DNA of 46,008 nt from a virus (IMGVR_UViG_3300002301_000027:1-46008); one strand, 5' to 3'; counted from the first letter of the stretch, positions 27,871 through 37,258 are shown. The notes: generated by a model from the letters alone, not told the origin. Numbers and translations are program-made.

Positions 27871-28013
27871 CTTCCTCATAGGAAAGTCAACAGTAAGGAC
27901 TTATTCTGTATGCCCTGATACACAGTGTGCGCTGCCGAACCACACACCGGAATTATAGAAGATCAAGTCTTTGTAGTACAATTACTTCTATATTAGACCC
28001 GATTTTATACGGG
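27871..28013 (-). ncRNA. Candidate structured intergenic RNA
   Basis: Six consecutive stems in about 145 nt with no convincing ORF (see findings). Confidence 0.4.
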
Positions 28014-28023
28014 ACATGTTTCC

Positions 28024-28554
28024 TTACATAGGAAGTTCGTCATCGAGATCGAAGCGAGAACCAGAACCCTGTCGAGGTTCGTAGAATTCGTCCGTCTCGT
28101 CAAGATCTGGGAAGTCGTCACCCCCGTAAGGTACGAGCTTGAGGACTCGCGTCTTGTTGAGATAGATACCCTTGGGACGGCCCGGACCCCAGTCACGGAC
28201 TACGATCTTGACGTCGACGACACTGCCGTTCCCGATGAGCTTCTTCGGGTTCCAGTCTTCGCCGTCCTTGTCTACAATTACAGGTGGGTCGTTAGGAATC
28301 TTCTCACCTGTCTTTACGTCAGTCCGTTCCGACTTGACTTTCAGAGTCAGGTATGGAGCGCCGTCGAGATAGTTCTCTTTCATCTTGACACGGTCGGCGA
28401 CACCCGCCGCCTTCAGAACCTTGATATCCTTCGGGTCGAGTTTCAAATCGACCTTCCACTCGAAGCCGTCCTTGCCAAAGTTAGGCAGGGGATCGCCTAG
28501 GAGTTTCGCGAAACTCGTCTCGCCACGAAGATACAAAGTCGTACTAGTTGCCAT
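28024..28554 (-). CDS. Single-stranded DNA-binding protein (T7 gp2.5-like)
   Basis: IGNGS motif, acidic C-terminal tail, replication context. Confidence 0.75.
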   Translation of the reverse strand: MATSTTLYLRGETSFAKLLGDPLPNFGKDGFEWKVDLKLDPKDIKVLKAAGVADRVKMKENYLDGAPYLTLKVKSERTDVKTGEKIPNDPPVIVDKDGEDWNPKKLIGNGSVVDVKIVVRDWGPGRPKGIYLNKTRVLKLVPYGGDDFPDLDETDEFYEPRQGSGSRFDLDDELPM

Positions 28555-28584
28555 TATTTACTTCTCTTTCTGAGGTTGGAACGC

Positions 28585-28627
28585 CCAACCTATATCATAT
28601 TATACCAAGGTTCTACGCGTTTGTCAA
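28585..28627 (-). promoter_or_regulatory. Consensus sigma70 promoter for ssb (class A)
   Basis: TTGACA-17-TATAAT-ATGATATAGGTTGG on the - strand; the 5' end forms a hairpin at 28573-28591. Confidence 0.88.
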
Positions 28628-29163
28628 GACTTTTTATCGAGTCCGTACTTTTTAATTATCTCATCCAGCTCGATAGGCCGGAAGTTTGTCTGCTCGACAC
28701 AGACGGATACATATCGAGGGTCTGCACTTCCGGGATAACCCACTTCTTCTACACGGTTGCTATGTGTATGCCCGTGGATATTCAACTTCCACCGGGCCAG
28801 AGAACCCGGATGGATAGGGATGTGGGACATGATAAACCCCTGTCGCTGGACGTAGCCACAGACGTCATCGAAGAGGTCTATGTACTTCGCCATCTTCTTC
28901 GGTTCGTGATTCCCCGGGACTAGAATTTTCCTCCCGTTCAGGCGGGAAACAGATCGCCGGATATCTGCAACCGTGAAGGCGACATCTCCCAAGATATATA
29001 CTCGATCCTGATCGGACACACACTCGTTGTACCATCTGATTAGATCCTCTGTCATCTCGTCTGCGTCGTCCCAAGGACGGAGTTTACTCCCGTCGCCGTT
29101 AGTGAACTTGCAGATGTTCCTGTGGTAGAAGTGGGGGTCCGAATATACCCATGTCTTACTCAT
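28624..29163 (-). CDS. Calcineurin-like metallophosphoesterase
   Basis: Motifs SDPH, LGD, GNHE and HGHTH. Confidence 0.9.
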   Translation of the reverse strand: MSKTWVYSDPHFYHRNICKFTNGDGSKLRPWDDADEMTEDLIRWYNECVSDQDRVYILGDVAFTVADIRRSVSRLNGRKILVPGNHEPKKMAKYIDLFDDVCGYVQRQGFIMSHIPIHPGSLARWKLNIHGHTHSNRVEEVGYPGSADPRYVSVCVEQTNFRPIELDEIIKKYGLDKKS

Positions 29164-29164
29164 G

Positions 29165-29869
29165 TCATACCTCGATTGTCTTAGGTTTCCAAGAAGGATT
29201 CTCGCCGGGATAACCTCTCGGATTCACGACGACACGGACACCATGGACTACTTCTTCATGGCTGTGGTGGGAATGGCCATGGCACCAGACGAGGATCTGT
29301 TCTGGGTACTCACGAAGGAGTTCTTCCATGTGAGGATTCCAGTACCATTCGTTGCTGTAATGACCGTCGAAGCGTGGGTTCAGAGTCTGAAGACAGGGAG
29401 CGGTGTGGGTCACAACAATACCCTTCTGACCACAAGACCTCCACTTCTCTAGCCAATGACGGATATGGTCCGCGTCTGACACGGCTAGACCATTTACGTC
29501 AGCCGCAGAGAGGGAGCCGTGCAGACTGTCGTTCATATAGTTCTGCCACAACGACTCGTCTTCGACTGGATACCAACCGTTGGCGAGGACTACGGGGACA
29601 AGACCTTCGTGGTATCGAGGATGCTCTTCCATGAAGCGAGTCGTCGTCTCTAGGGCAGTCCGCCCCTGTGAACGGTTGCTGTAGTGTTCGTGGTTGCCAT
29701 CGACGGCATAGACGGTGTGTCCTTTGTTCCTCAATTTCTGTAGGAACTTCAGGCCTTCGAGGCCGTTAGTCGTGTCACCTGCTACTACGACGTGTTCCTC
29801 GAGAAGCTCGTAAGGAGTCTTCTCTTGAGGAAAGTCGAGATGCATGTCAGATATGAGTGAGAATTTCAT
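29165..29869 (-). CDS. Calcineurin-like metallophosphoesterase
   Basis: Motifs SDMH, AGD, GNHEHY, THTAP, HGHSH and NPRGY. Confidence 0.9.
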   Translation of the reverse strand: MKFSLISDMHLDFPQEKTPYELLEEHVVVAGDTTNGLEGLKFLQKLRNKGHTVYAVDGNHEHYSNRSQGRTALETTTRFMEEHPRYHEGLVPVVLANGWYPVEDESLWQNYMNDSLHGSLSAADVNGLAVSDADHIRHWLEKWRSCGQKGIVVTHTAPCLQTLNPRFDGHYSNEWYWNPHMEELLREYPEQILVWCHGHSHHSHEEVVHGVRVVVNPRGYPGENPSWKPKTIEV

Positions 29870-30018
29870 TGGCTTTCCTCAAAAATTTCTGGGTGTAGAG
29901 CAAATTGTGCCTGCCACCATTCGTGACAGTAATCACATTCGCTTTCGTTAGTGGTATATTCTTCTATAGGAATTGTCTTTCCACAAGTCGAACACCAAAA
30001 TTCATCTGAATTAGTCAT
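29866..30018 (-). CDS. Small Zn-finger protein
   Basis: CSTC...CDYC; TGATG overlap with the polymerase stop. Confidence 0.6.
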   Translation of the reverse strand: MTNSDEFWCSTCGKTIPIEEYTTNESECDYCHEWWQAQFALHPEIFEESQ

Positions 30019-31856
30019 CAGTGTGTCTCCGCCCACGTCAATCCGACTTTGGCTTCGCATTCGATTGGGACTGTGTATCCGAAGGTCTCTCCAGCTTTTT
30101 TAAACGCTGCTTCGCAAACAAGTATGAATTGATCGACATCTGTCTCTAGTACATCAAACTGAAACTCGTCGTGGATGTCTCCTACTTTGATTACATCAAG
30201 ACCTAACCTACGGCACTCCCGCCAGATAAAGATCCCGGCTTGCTTCATGATACGGTTCTCGTCTCCTTGGAGGAGATATCCCAACCTCGTGTGAATGTGT
30301 TCTACCCGGAGAGGTGTTCCGTCGCAAAGGACGATTCTTCCAGTTCGATTGACCTGTCGCTTAAGGTCAGTAAGTAGACGTTTAAGTCCCGGGAAGTTGT
30401 TTGTAAAGCGGTTTTTAAGAGCTCTGCCTTCGCTCGTCGATCCACCAATGATCTGCCCGACCTTTGCGTCTCCAGCTCCCAGAAGGAACGCATAGATGAA
30501 AGTCTTAGCCAGACCTCTTGTTCTAAGGCCTCCAATCTCTTGGTTGTAAGTGTGGGGGTCGCCGTTGACGACTTCATTTGCGAAGGCTTCGTTTCTGAGG
30601 TGGTGGGCGAGGACACGGAGCTGGATACCTTTGGCATCGACCCCGACCATTCGTCTCGTCCTAGGATCGCGTGTAGTCCAGAGATCTCGAGCCTCGTACG
30701 TAAAAACGCCGGAGAGTCCTCGTAGAGGACCCGACTCTCCTGTCCGTACCCCGGGTATATTAGCCGTGTTAGGATCAGAATGCCGATAACGGAGAGTATT
30801 AGCAAGCCACAGAGAACCATGGATGCAGTGAGTGTCGTCATTATAAGCCTCGATCCAAGTGTTGACCATATTTGCCCGGGCGTTGATCTCCATCCATTGT
30901 GCAATCAGTCGAGGGCCGGGGTGTTCGGACTCTGTTACGAATCGTTCGAGGGTAGGGGCGAGTCGACCTTTGTTTGTTGGTTTGGGTTTTCCTGTAGGAG
31001 TTCGTTCATCAGCTCCCGGAACCCATCCGAGCTCAAGAAGTTTCGTACTTCTCTGGTCTGGACTTCCAATATTGAAAGACACGTATTCGTACGCTCGATA
31101 CTCGTCTGTTCCGGGTACGTCTTCGAGCTTTTCGTATTCTCGCAGGTGTCGTAGATACTGACTAGTACGACCTCCATCGCGGAGACGAGCTCGCTTAAAA
31201 GTTTTTGTAGCTGCAAGCTCGGGGGGCCAGATTTCGTGGACTCGTTCTGCAATTTCATTCTCCAGTTGGCGGAGGGTGGCGTATAGGACGTGGGCACCCT
31301 CGATATTAAAGTAAAAACCGTTCTTCTTTTGTTGTTGTACGAGGTACCAAGCCAGCGTCTCTAGGTGGATGTTCTCTTCAGAGAAGCCTGTCTGCCTCAT
31401 CCGTTTTACTAGGTCACGGAAGACAAGGCCACAGAGGTGGGCATCCTGTTTACAGTACGTCACCATCTCGTCCGAGAGATGTGAGAAGTCTGAGAACTCT
31501 CCCTTTAGGGAATGAAGTCGTAGCCCCCATGCTTCGAGCGAGTGACCTCCCGCGAGGCTTGGCAGGAAGAGCATGGACATAGCCATGGTATCGCAGACGG
31601 AACCCAGCCCGATAGAAGTCCCGACAAGCCTGTTGAGAGTAGGGACGTCATATCCGAGTCCGTTGTGGAAGACGAACTTACATCCTCTTTGCTGCTGCTC
31701 ATAGAACCAATCCCTTATCTGCTGGTAGTTAGTCAGGACGACTTCCTCGCCTGTCCCTGAGACGGCACAGACGCACCACACGACGGTAGAAGGGAGGTTA
31801 TCCCCTTCGATGTCACAGAACCAGTAATTACTCAGATCAGTCGGAAGATACATCAA
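30018..31856 (-). CDS. DNA polymerase family A (T7-like) with 3'-5' exonuclease
   Basis: Exonuclease motifs CDIE, HNGLGYD and YCKQD; polymerase motifs DAKGIQLR, AKTFIYAFLLG and IHDEFQ. Confidence 0.95.
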   Translation of the reverse strand: MMYLPTDLSNYWFCDIEGDNLPSTVVWCVCAVSGTGEEVVLTNYQQIRDWFYEQQQRGCKFVFHNGLGYDVPTLNRLVGTSIGLGSVCDTMAMSMLFLPSLAGGHSLEAWGLRLHSLKGEFSDFSHLSDEMVTYCKQDAHLCGLVFRDLVKRMRQTGFSEENIHLETLAWYLVQQQKKNGFYFNIEGAHVLYATLRQLENEIAERVHEIWPPELAATKTFKRARLRDGGRTSQYLRHLREYEKLEDVPGTDEYRAYEYVSFNIGSPDQRSTKLLELGWVPGADERTPTGKPKPTNKGRLAPTLERFVTESEHPGPRLIAQWMEINARANMVNTWIEAYNDDTHCIHGSLWLANTLRYRHSDPNTANIPGVRTGESGPLRGLSGVFTYEARDLWTTRDPRTRRMVGVDAKGIQLRVLAHHLRNEAFANEVVNGDPHTYNQEIGGLRTRGLAKTFIYAFLLGAGDAKVGQIIGGSTSEGRALKNRFTNNFPGLKRLLTDLKRQVNRTGRIVLCDGTPLRVEHIHTRLGYLLQGDENRIMKQAGIFIWRECRRLGLDVIKVGDIHDEFQFDVLETDVDQFILVCEAAFKKAGETFGYTVPIECEAKVGLTWAETH

Positions 31857-33457
31857 AATCGTTCTTCCATCCTAATAGACGAGCCACTCTCGAAAGTAGC
31901 AGCCTCTTCTTCGGTGAGTTCACAGAGTCGTCCCGTGTCTGGGTTGAACCAGAGATGTCCGGCTGGTCCAGTGTATCCACAGAAACGGTTTTTCTCAACT
32001 GTAATAGAAGTGATATTCCGCCGCCATTCGTCAGGCTCTGTTTTGTTACGCGAAATTCGAAAGACGATGTTGGCGAGCTGTTCGACCCCTGCAGTACCTC
32101 GGATCTGACCTTGACGATTCGTATGGATAACCGCGATGACGGCGATGTCCAGCTCCATCGTGAGTGTCTTGATCTTTGTAGTAATTTCATCGAGCTGTTT
32201 CCTTTCGTCACCCGACTGATCCGAGACTACGATTGAGAGGTGGTCGAGGACGATGTAACGACAACCGAGAGCAACCATGTGCCGGATCTTATCCAGTACG
32301 GCGTCAACGCTGTTACTACCAAAATGGTCCCATAGTATGGTTCTGTCGTTGTTAAGAACAGTGTCAAAAGCTTCTCTAAGAGTCTTTTCATCCCTGACCG
32401 TCGTGGGCAGGTGGTATGGAAGACTGTCGTGAATAGACAGAAGACCAAGTGCGGTATCTCCGTTCGGCTCTTCCAGATGTAGGAAACCAACGCCATAGTT
32501 GTTCTCCTTCACACGTTCGTCGGTTAGTAGAAGGTACTCGATATGCTTGAGGAGTGAGGTCTTTCCGACGCCTGTATCTGCCGTGATGACGACGAGTTCG
32601 GACAGTCGGAGGCCAAAGGTCTTCTTGTTCAGACCTTCGAATGGATAGTCTACGGTAAAACTCTCCTTCCTTGAGACGATCTCGTCCCACATCTCAGACC
32701 CGAGCTTCAGCCCGTCTGGTTTGTGGGCCGGGGCCTGCCACCATTCCTTAGTGAAGAGGTCGGCCTTCTTCTGTAGGAGGTAGTCGTTGGCGTCCTTGAA
32801 CTCGCGGAGAGAAAGGATCTTGACCTTGCCCAGAGGGAAGCCGATGTTGGCACACGCCTTCAAAGCACGTTGTCCCGCGTCGTCACTATCGAAGCAGAGG
32901 ACGATGTGTTCGAAGGAGTTGAGATACTCGAAGTCCCTGCGAATGTCTGCTTCTGCTGTGGACGCGGAGTGGACAGAGACGGCGGGGTACCTATTGCCTG
33001 TCATTTGGAAGACGGAGAGGGCGTCGTCCTGTCCTTCGGTGACAGTCACGAACTTTGCAGAACCTGCCGGGAAGGCGTGACGCCCGAACAGACCAGCCCC
33101 TCCCGTCTTACCCTCGACAGAGAAGACCTTTCCGGGGCGGCGGAACTTATTTGCGATGTGGTTTCCGTTGACGTCATAGATCGGGTACTGGGCCGTGCCG
33201 TCACGGACAGAGACGGAGTACCTCCGGCAAGTCTCCTGCGTAAAGCCTCTCTCAGGGAAGGGAGAGAAGACAGAAGGGACAGGAGTCACTGAGACGATCT
33301 TCTCTTGTACCGACTCATCCCTTTGCGGGAGTAGATCTTCGTCAGGAGCAAAGACCATTCCGCAAGAATGACATTTGGAAACCCCGGAGGCCATCGTAGA
33401 CAGAGCGTCTGACGACCCACAAGAAGGACAGGGTTGGTGGGCTTTGGGTTGTACCAA
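31853..33457 (-). CDS. Primase-helicase (T7 gp4-like)
   Basis: N-terminal CPSC..CHSC, TOPRIM EGQDD and FDSD, Walker A TGVGKT, LDHLS, EKNRF. Confidence 0.95.
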   Translation of the reverse strand: MVQPKAHQPCPSCGSSDALSTMASGVSKCHSCGMVFAPDEDLLPQRDESVQEKIVSVTPVPSVFSPFPERGFTQETCRRYSVSVRDGTAQYPIYDVNGNHIANKFRRPGKVFSVEGKTGGAGLFGRHAFPAGSAKFVTVTEGQDDALSVFQMTGNRYPAVSVHSASTAEADIRRDFEYLNSFEHIVLCFDSDDAGQRALKACANIGFPLGKVKILSLREFKDANDYLLQKKADLFTKEWWQAPAHKPDGLKLGSEMWDEIVSRKESFTVDYPFEGLNKKTFGLRLSELVVITADTGVGKTSLLKHIEYLLLTDERVKENNYGVGFLHLEEPNGDTALGLLSIHDSLPYHLPTTVRDEKTLREAFDTVLNNDRTILWDHFGSNSVDAVLDKIRHMVALGCRYIVLDHLSIVVSDQSGDERKQLDEITTKIKTLTMELDIAVIAVIHTNRQGQIRGTAGVEQLANIVFRISRNKTEPDEWRRNITSITVEKNRFCGYTGPAGHLWFNPDTGRLCELTEEEAATFESGSSIRMEERF

Positions 33458-33529
33458 GAATTGTACCTTAAAGGAAGAGGGGTAGAGGTTGGTAGGTCAG
33501 ATCGCTAGGACCTTCTAAGACCTACCATA

Positions 33530-33585
33530 GGGTTATCAACCGCTACTCTATATAGATATTATACCACGTATCAGAATTTTGTCAA
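33530..33585 (-). promoter_or_regulatory. Sigma70 promoter for the replication operon (class B)
   Basis: TTGACA-16-TATAAT-ATCTATATAGAGTAGCGGTTGATAACCC; near-duplicate of 41932-41987. Confidence 0.85.
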
Positions 33586-33611
33586 GAGAAATCTTCTCTG
33601 GCCGCGCAGGA

Positions 33612-33821
33612 TTATTCCAAGTCGTTGATTTCAACAGGGAATAATTCTTCGTAACAGACCTCGTCGTCGTAGACCTCTTCCTCTGTCTCCTCGTCACCTT
33701 CTTCCCCGAAGGTCTCGGAAATGACACGGAGACATTCGCCGCAAGGGTCCCAAGCGTTATACCTCTCGTCCCATTGGATTTCCGAGTCGCCCAAGTCCTT
33801 GTCACAGATATTGCACTTCAT
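33612..33821 (-). CDS. Small acidic Zn-finger protein ending in Glu
   Basis: CNIC-20-CGEC, Glu/Asp-rich tail, ATGA overlap with the ATP-grasp gene. Confidence 0.75.
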   Translation of the reverse strand: MKCNICDKDLGDSEIQWDERYNAWDPCGECLRVISETFGEEGDEETEEEVYDDEVCYEELFPVEINDLE

Positions 33822-34600
33822 CGTTCAAACTCCCGGAAAAACTGGACGTAGTCGGAGACGGTAGTACCGGAGATGCCGGGGGCTGAATTGATCTCGAGGA
33901 CGTAGGCTCGGTCTGCGTGTCCGTTGTAGATGACGTCTACCGCGCCAAAATCGAGATCGAAACAACCGAAAGCGCGACGAGCCACGTCAATAACACAACG
34001 TGGAGGGTTGACGTCGGCTCGGGCATAGACGAAGCCGTTCGCGAGGTTGCGAACCGACCAATTAGGGTTTTGATGTTCACGATTTCTAGCCTTTCGTTGC
34101 TGAGAAATTACAGTAGTGACGGTGTCTTCGTTGTCATCTACGAGCCGACCCAAGTGGATACGGTACTCGTCTTGCTTGGGGACGTACTTTGTATAGAGAG
34201 GTGCCGGGACTAGCTCCCCTCGTTCGTTGGCGATGACGATACCTTCTCCTGAGTGTCCGGCAAGGACGGTACGACAGACGACTCTTCCTCTTCCCATGAA
34301 GGCGGAATCAGGGATGGACTCCCGGTCTGTCCAGAATTCGGGTATGGCGGAGGGATCGGATCGATGTACAGTCCGGAAGAATTCCAGCTTATTAGACACA
34401 GAACGGATAGAACGACCATTGAGGGCACGATCAAGTAGAGGATGTCCATCTGTTTTACCCCAGTTGATTATGACGTCTCCCGGACGACCACGGTATCGAG
34501 AACCTTCGAGACGGAGGACCCTACCTCCCAAAGCCGTGGCGAGTTCTCGAGCGCCTGACGAACCTTGTCGGTAAGGGATTACTTTAAAACTCATCGACAT
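33818..34600 (-). CDS. ATP-grasp (RimK-like) ligase
   Basis: EYRIH, VRN..NG, LDFGAVDV, VLEINSAPG. Confidence 0.88.
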   Translation of the reverse strand: MSMSFKVIPYRQGSSGARELATALGGRVLRLEGSRYRGRPGDVIINWGKTDGHPLLDRALNGRSIRSVSNKLEFFRTVHRSDPSAIPEFWTDRESIPDSAFMGRGRVVCRTVLAGHSGEGIVIANERGELVPAPLYTKYVPKQDEYRIHLGRLVDDNEDTVTTVISQQRKARNREHQNPNWSVRNLANGFVYARADVNPPRCVIDVARRAFGCFDLDFGAVDVIYNGHADRAYVLEINSAPGISGTTVSDYVQFFREFER

Positions 34601-34673
34601 TTCCTTCTGGTTGCCGGGGAGCCGGCTGTTGTGCAACTGCAGGAAAGAACTCTCGCAAATTCCGGAGGTGTTC

Positions 34674-35765
34674 CTATACCTCGGCGTCTGTCAGAGGTAG
34701 TCGTGGCCGACGGTGTTCGACGGGAAATACCTCCTGTGCAGGCACTTCTAGAGGATCTAGAAATGATCCTACAGTAGTCTGTCTCGTACCACGAGGAAAA
34801 AATTCGTTACCAAGCGAGGTACTCCTCCGTTTAGGTTTAGGACGCTCTTCTTCAAAAGGGCGCCTTATCTCCCTCCGGTTAATCTGATCTCTGAGAGACT
34901 CCCAAGGAACAAAGAACGAAAGCTCTTGGTAGTCTCGGAACGAATCGAGACAACACCCGTCGAAGTCTGGTGTGGCTTTGACGAAGGCCGTGTAGAAGTC
35001 TTCGAGGTCATCGCCACAGACCTCCTGAAGGAGTCCACGCGGACCCTTCTCAGAGACGCCTCTCCCGATCTCGTCAGGGAGATACTTCACGGCAGTGTCT
35101 CGGAGGCGTACGAGGAACCGCGCCCAAGAGGAGACCCGGGTGGGTTCGTTGCAACCGTCCAACGTCCTGAACTCGAACGATCCGAAGTTACTCAGTGCCG
35201 CAAGATTCAGGGCAGAGTACTTCGTCCCATTGTCCCATCGGAAATGCCCAGATTCGAGGGCGTCTCGCCAGACAGTGGGTAGCCACCCGTTGGTGTCCTT
35301 CGTCGTGAGACAGAACTGGTTACTCTTGCGGAGTATGCCGGAATAGTTCACAGCGGCTTGCTCGAACAGCCCCCAGAGACAGATGAATGATGTCAACTCA
35401 GACGGTTTCAATCCTTGGATGTTGATGTGGACGTGGGTGCTCGTCCTGTTCGAGAGACGGATGGAAGACTTCTTGTCCAGCAACGTCGAGTAGAGAAACT
35501 CGAGTAGTGGGACGACCTCTCCTTCTCGACACGGCACTGAGAGGACATACTCGATACCACCTCGGAGAGAGTCGTCACGGTGGGTAATCCACTGAGCCCC
35601 CGTCACAGGCGCCTTGAACTTGAGTAGTGCGTCACCCGAGTACAGATCACCTTCGAGTTCGATCTCGATTCCTATGTCACCCGGAGTCGTCCTGTCGAGG
35701 AGTGGTCGGTTGAGGGTGATGTTGGGCAAAGGGGAGACTTCTGCTATGTCTTTCAGGAATTTCAT
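34674..35765 (-). CDS. Putative amidoligase (COOH-NH2 ligase, amidoligase_2-like)
   Basis: GIEIE, DDSL..IEYV, STHVHIN, KYSALN, EFR. Confidence 0.85.
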   Translation of the reverse strand: MKFLKDIAEVSPLPNITLNRPLLDRTTPGDIGIEIELEGDLYSGDALLKFKAPVTGAQWITHRDDSLRGGIEYVLSVPCREGEVVPLLEFLYSTLLDKKSSIRLSNRTSTHVHINIQGLKPSELTSFICLWGLFEQAAVNYSGILRKSNQFCLTTKDTNGWLPTVWRDALESGHFRWDNGTKYSALNLAALSNFGSFEFRTLDGCNEPTRVSSWARFLVRLRDTAVKYLPDEIGRGVSEKGPRGLLQEVCGDDLEDFYTAFVKATPDFDGCCLDSFRDYQELSFFVPWESLRDQINRREIRRPFEEERPKPKRRSTSLGNEFFPRGTRQTTVGSFLDPLEVPAQEVFPVEHRRPRLPLTDAEV

Positions 35766-36377
35766 TCATGCCTCCATAATCTCTTGGATACCCAGCCGCT
35801 GTTGCAACTCCTCTCGTAGATAGAGAGACGCCGGGCCGAGATAAATCCCTTTCTCTGTGGCGTTTCCGACATGCCTCTTGTTCTTCCAGAGCTGTGTCCC
35901 TCCGTCATTCCCTTTGACAAGGGCGAACTCGTGGTGGATCGCAATCGGTTGCGTCTTCTGGACGTGGGCGAGGGCTTGTCTCCAGTTGGGGAAGTGACCC
36001 TTGACACTGTCGACGTAGTACTTGCCGTAGTGACTGATGAGATGCTCGTACGAAGTGTCTGAGCGGTACATCTGGCCTTGTTCGATATGGAACGTCTGGA
36101 TGTTGTTCCGGGTATGGCCGTGTGTCGCAGACCTCGTAGGAATGCGAGTCAACCAGTACAGCCGCCCGGGTACGTTGACGAAGCCAAGCTTGGGGAGATT
36201 CCTGAAATTATCGAACCCCTTGTCTTCAAGATTGACGACGAAGTTCAACCCACTCTCGAGATCCTTGACCCGGACTTCTCGGCCTTCGATTGAGCCGAAT
36301 CGAACCGGCTTGTCTCCGAACATGACGACGGAGCTATTCAGGCGTTGGTGAGCCTGTTGAAGATCATGCCAGAACAT
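35766..36377 (-). CDS. Hypothetical protein within the amidoligase cluster
   Basis: Packed ORF with an LGFVN..R.P.R pattern. Confidence 0.7.
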   Translation of the reverse strand: MFWHDLQQAHQRLNSSVVMFGDKPVRFGSIEGREVRVKDLESGLNFVVNLEDKGFDNFRNLPKLGFVNVPGRLYWLTRIPTRSATHGHTRNNIQTFHIEQGQMYRSDTSYEHLISHYGKYYVDSVKGHFPNWRQALAHVQKTQPIAIHHEFALVKGNDGGTQLWKNKRHVGNATEKGIYLGPASLYLREELQQRLGIQEIMEA

Positions 36378-37248
36378 TATCCTTGATCCTTTCTTTGATG
36401 ACCCGGTTCATCATGTCGTAGGCGAAAGACCATTTCCACCTCATGAAACCACTGATCCTGATGGCATTCGAAAGGTCCCCGTCAATAGCGTCACGGACTT
36501 CGTCTTGTGTCAGGCCGAGGTACTTGAAACACTTCTCGGAAGTTTTCAATTGCGCGAGGAGATTTACGACATAGCTTACACCCCGAGCAACGGCGATCCT
36601 CGTATCCTTCTGGTGAATCCAGAGGGCCGAAGGGGTCCGGTACTCGAGGCCGTAGGGTTTCGGTCGGAACGAACCCGCCTTACCGTACATCTCACGACGT
36701 CGGTCGTCTGTGTCGAGGATACGGCAAGGAATGCCAATGTAGGCGTCAAGGACTTTGACGATATCGGCACAGATCGCGATGTACTCAGGGTCATCGACAG
36801 GCATGTCACTCGCCCAACCGAGGTGGATATGACCACCAGTGGCTCGGAAGTTCACCGTACCGTCAGGTGCGGGATTCTTCTGCTCGGTATAGGCGTTCCA
36901 GTCGGGATCACAGCCGAGGACGAGGACGTCCTTCGGAAGAGACTCGAGGTACTCCGGGTCGAATTCAACCGAAGTGTCCTTCATAAAGGACGCTCCCTTG
37001 TTTCCTTCCTTGACGGCGGCGTGGAGCTGCTTCATGACGTTGACGACGCCTGCGTTAAACGCCTCGTGATTCCAGACGGGAACGGGATCGACGTTGAACT
37101 CAGTCGCCAATCCGTCGACTTGGATGGCACCGCCGGGGACAGGGAAAGGTTCCTTCTTCGTACCCTTGATAAGATCATGGGCGGAGACGGGCTTTCCACG
37201 GACCTTGATGAAGACCTCTGGGTCGGCGCCTAGAGTGAAATTGACCAT
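36364..37248 (-). CDS. phiEco32-like COOH-NH2 ligase type 2
   Basis: GADPE, QVDG...EFN, GCDPD.NAY, GGHIH, RR..YGKAG.FRPKPYG.EYR. Confidence 0.9.
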   Translation of the reverse strand: MVNFTLGADPEVFIKVRGKPVSAHDLIKGTKKEPFPVPGGAIQVDGLATEFNVDPVPVWNHEAFNAGVVNVMKQLHAAVKEGNKGASFMKDTSVEFDPEYLESLPKDVLVLGCDPDWNAYTEQKNPAPDGTVNFRATGGHIHLGWASDMPVDDPEYIAICADIVKVLDAYIGIPCRILDTDDRRREMYGKAGSFRPKPYGLEYRTPSALWIHQKDTRIAVARGVSYVVNLLAQLKTSEKCFKYLGLTQDEVRDAIDGDLSNAIRISGFMRWKWSFAYDMMNRVIKERIKDNVLA

Positions 37249-37258
37249 AAATACTCCT

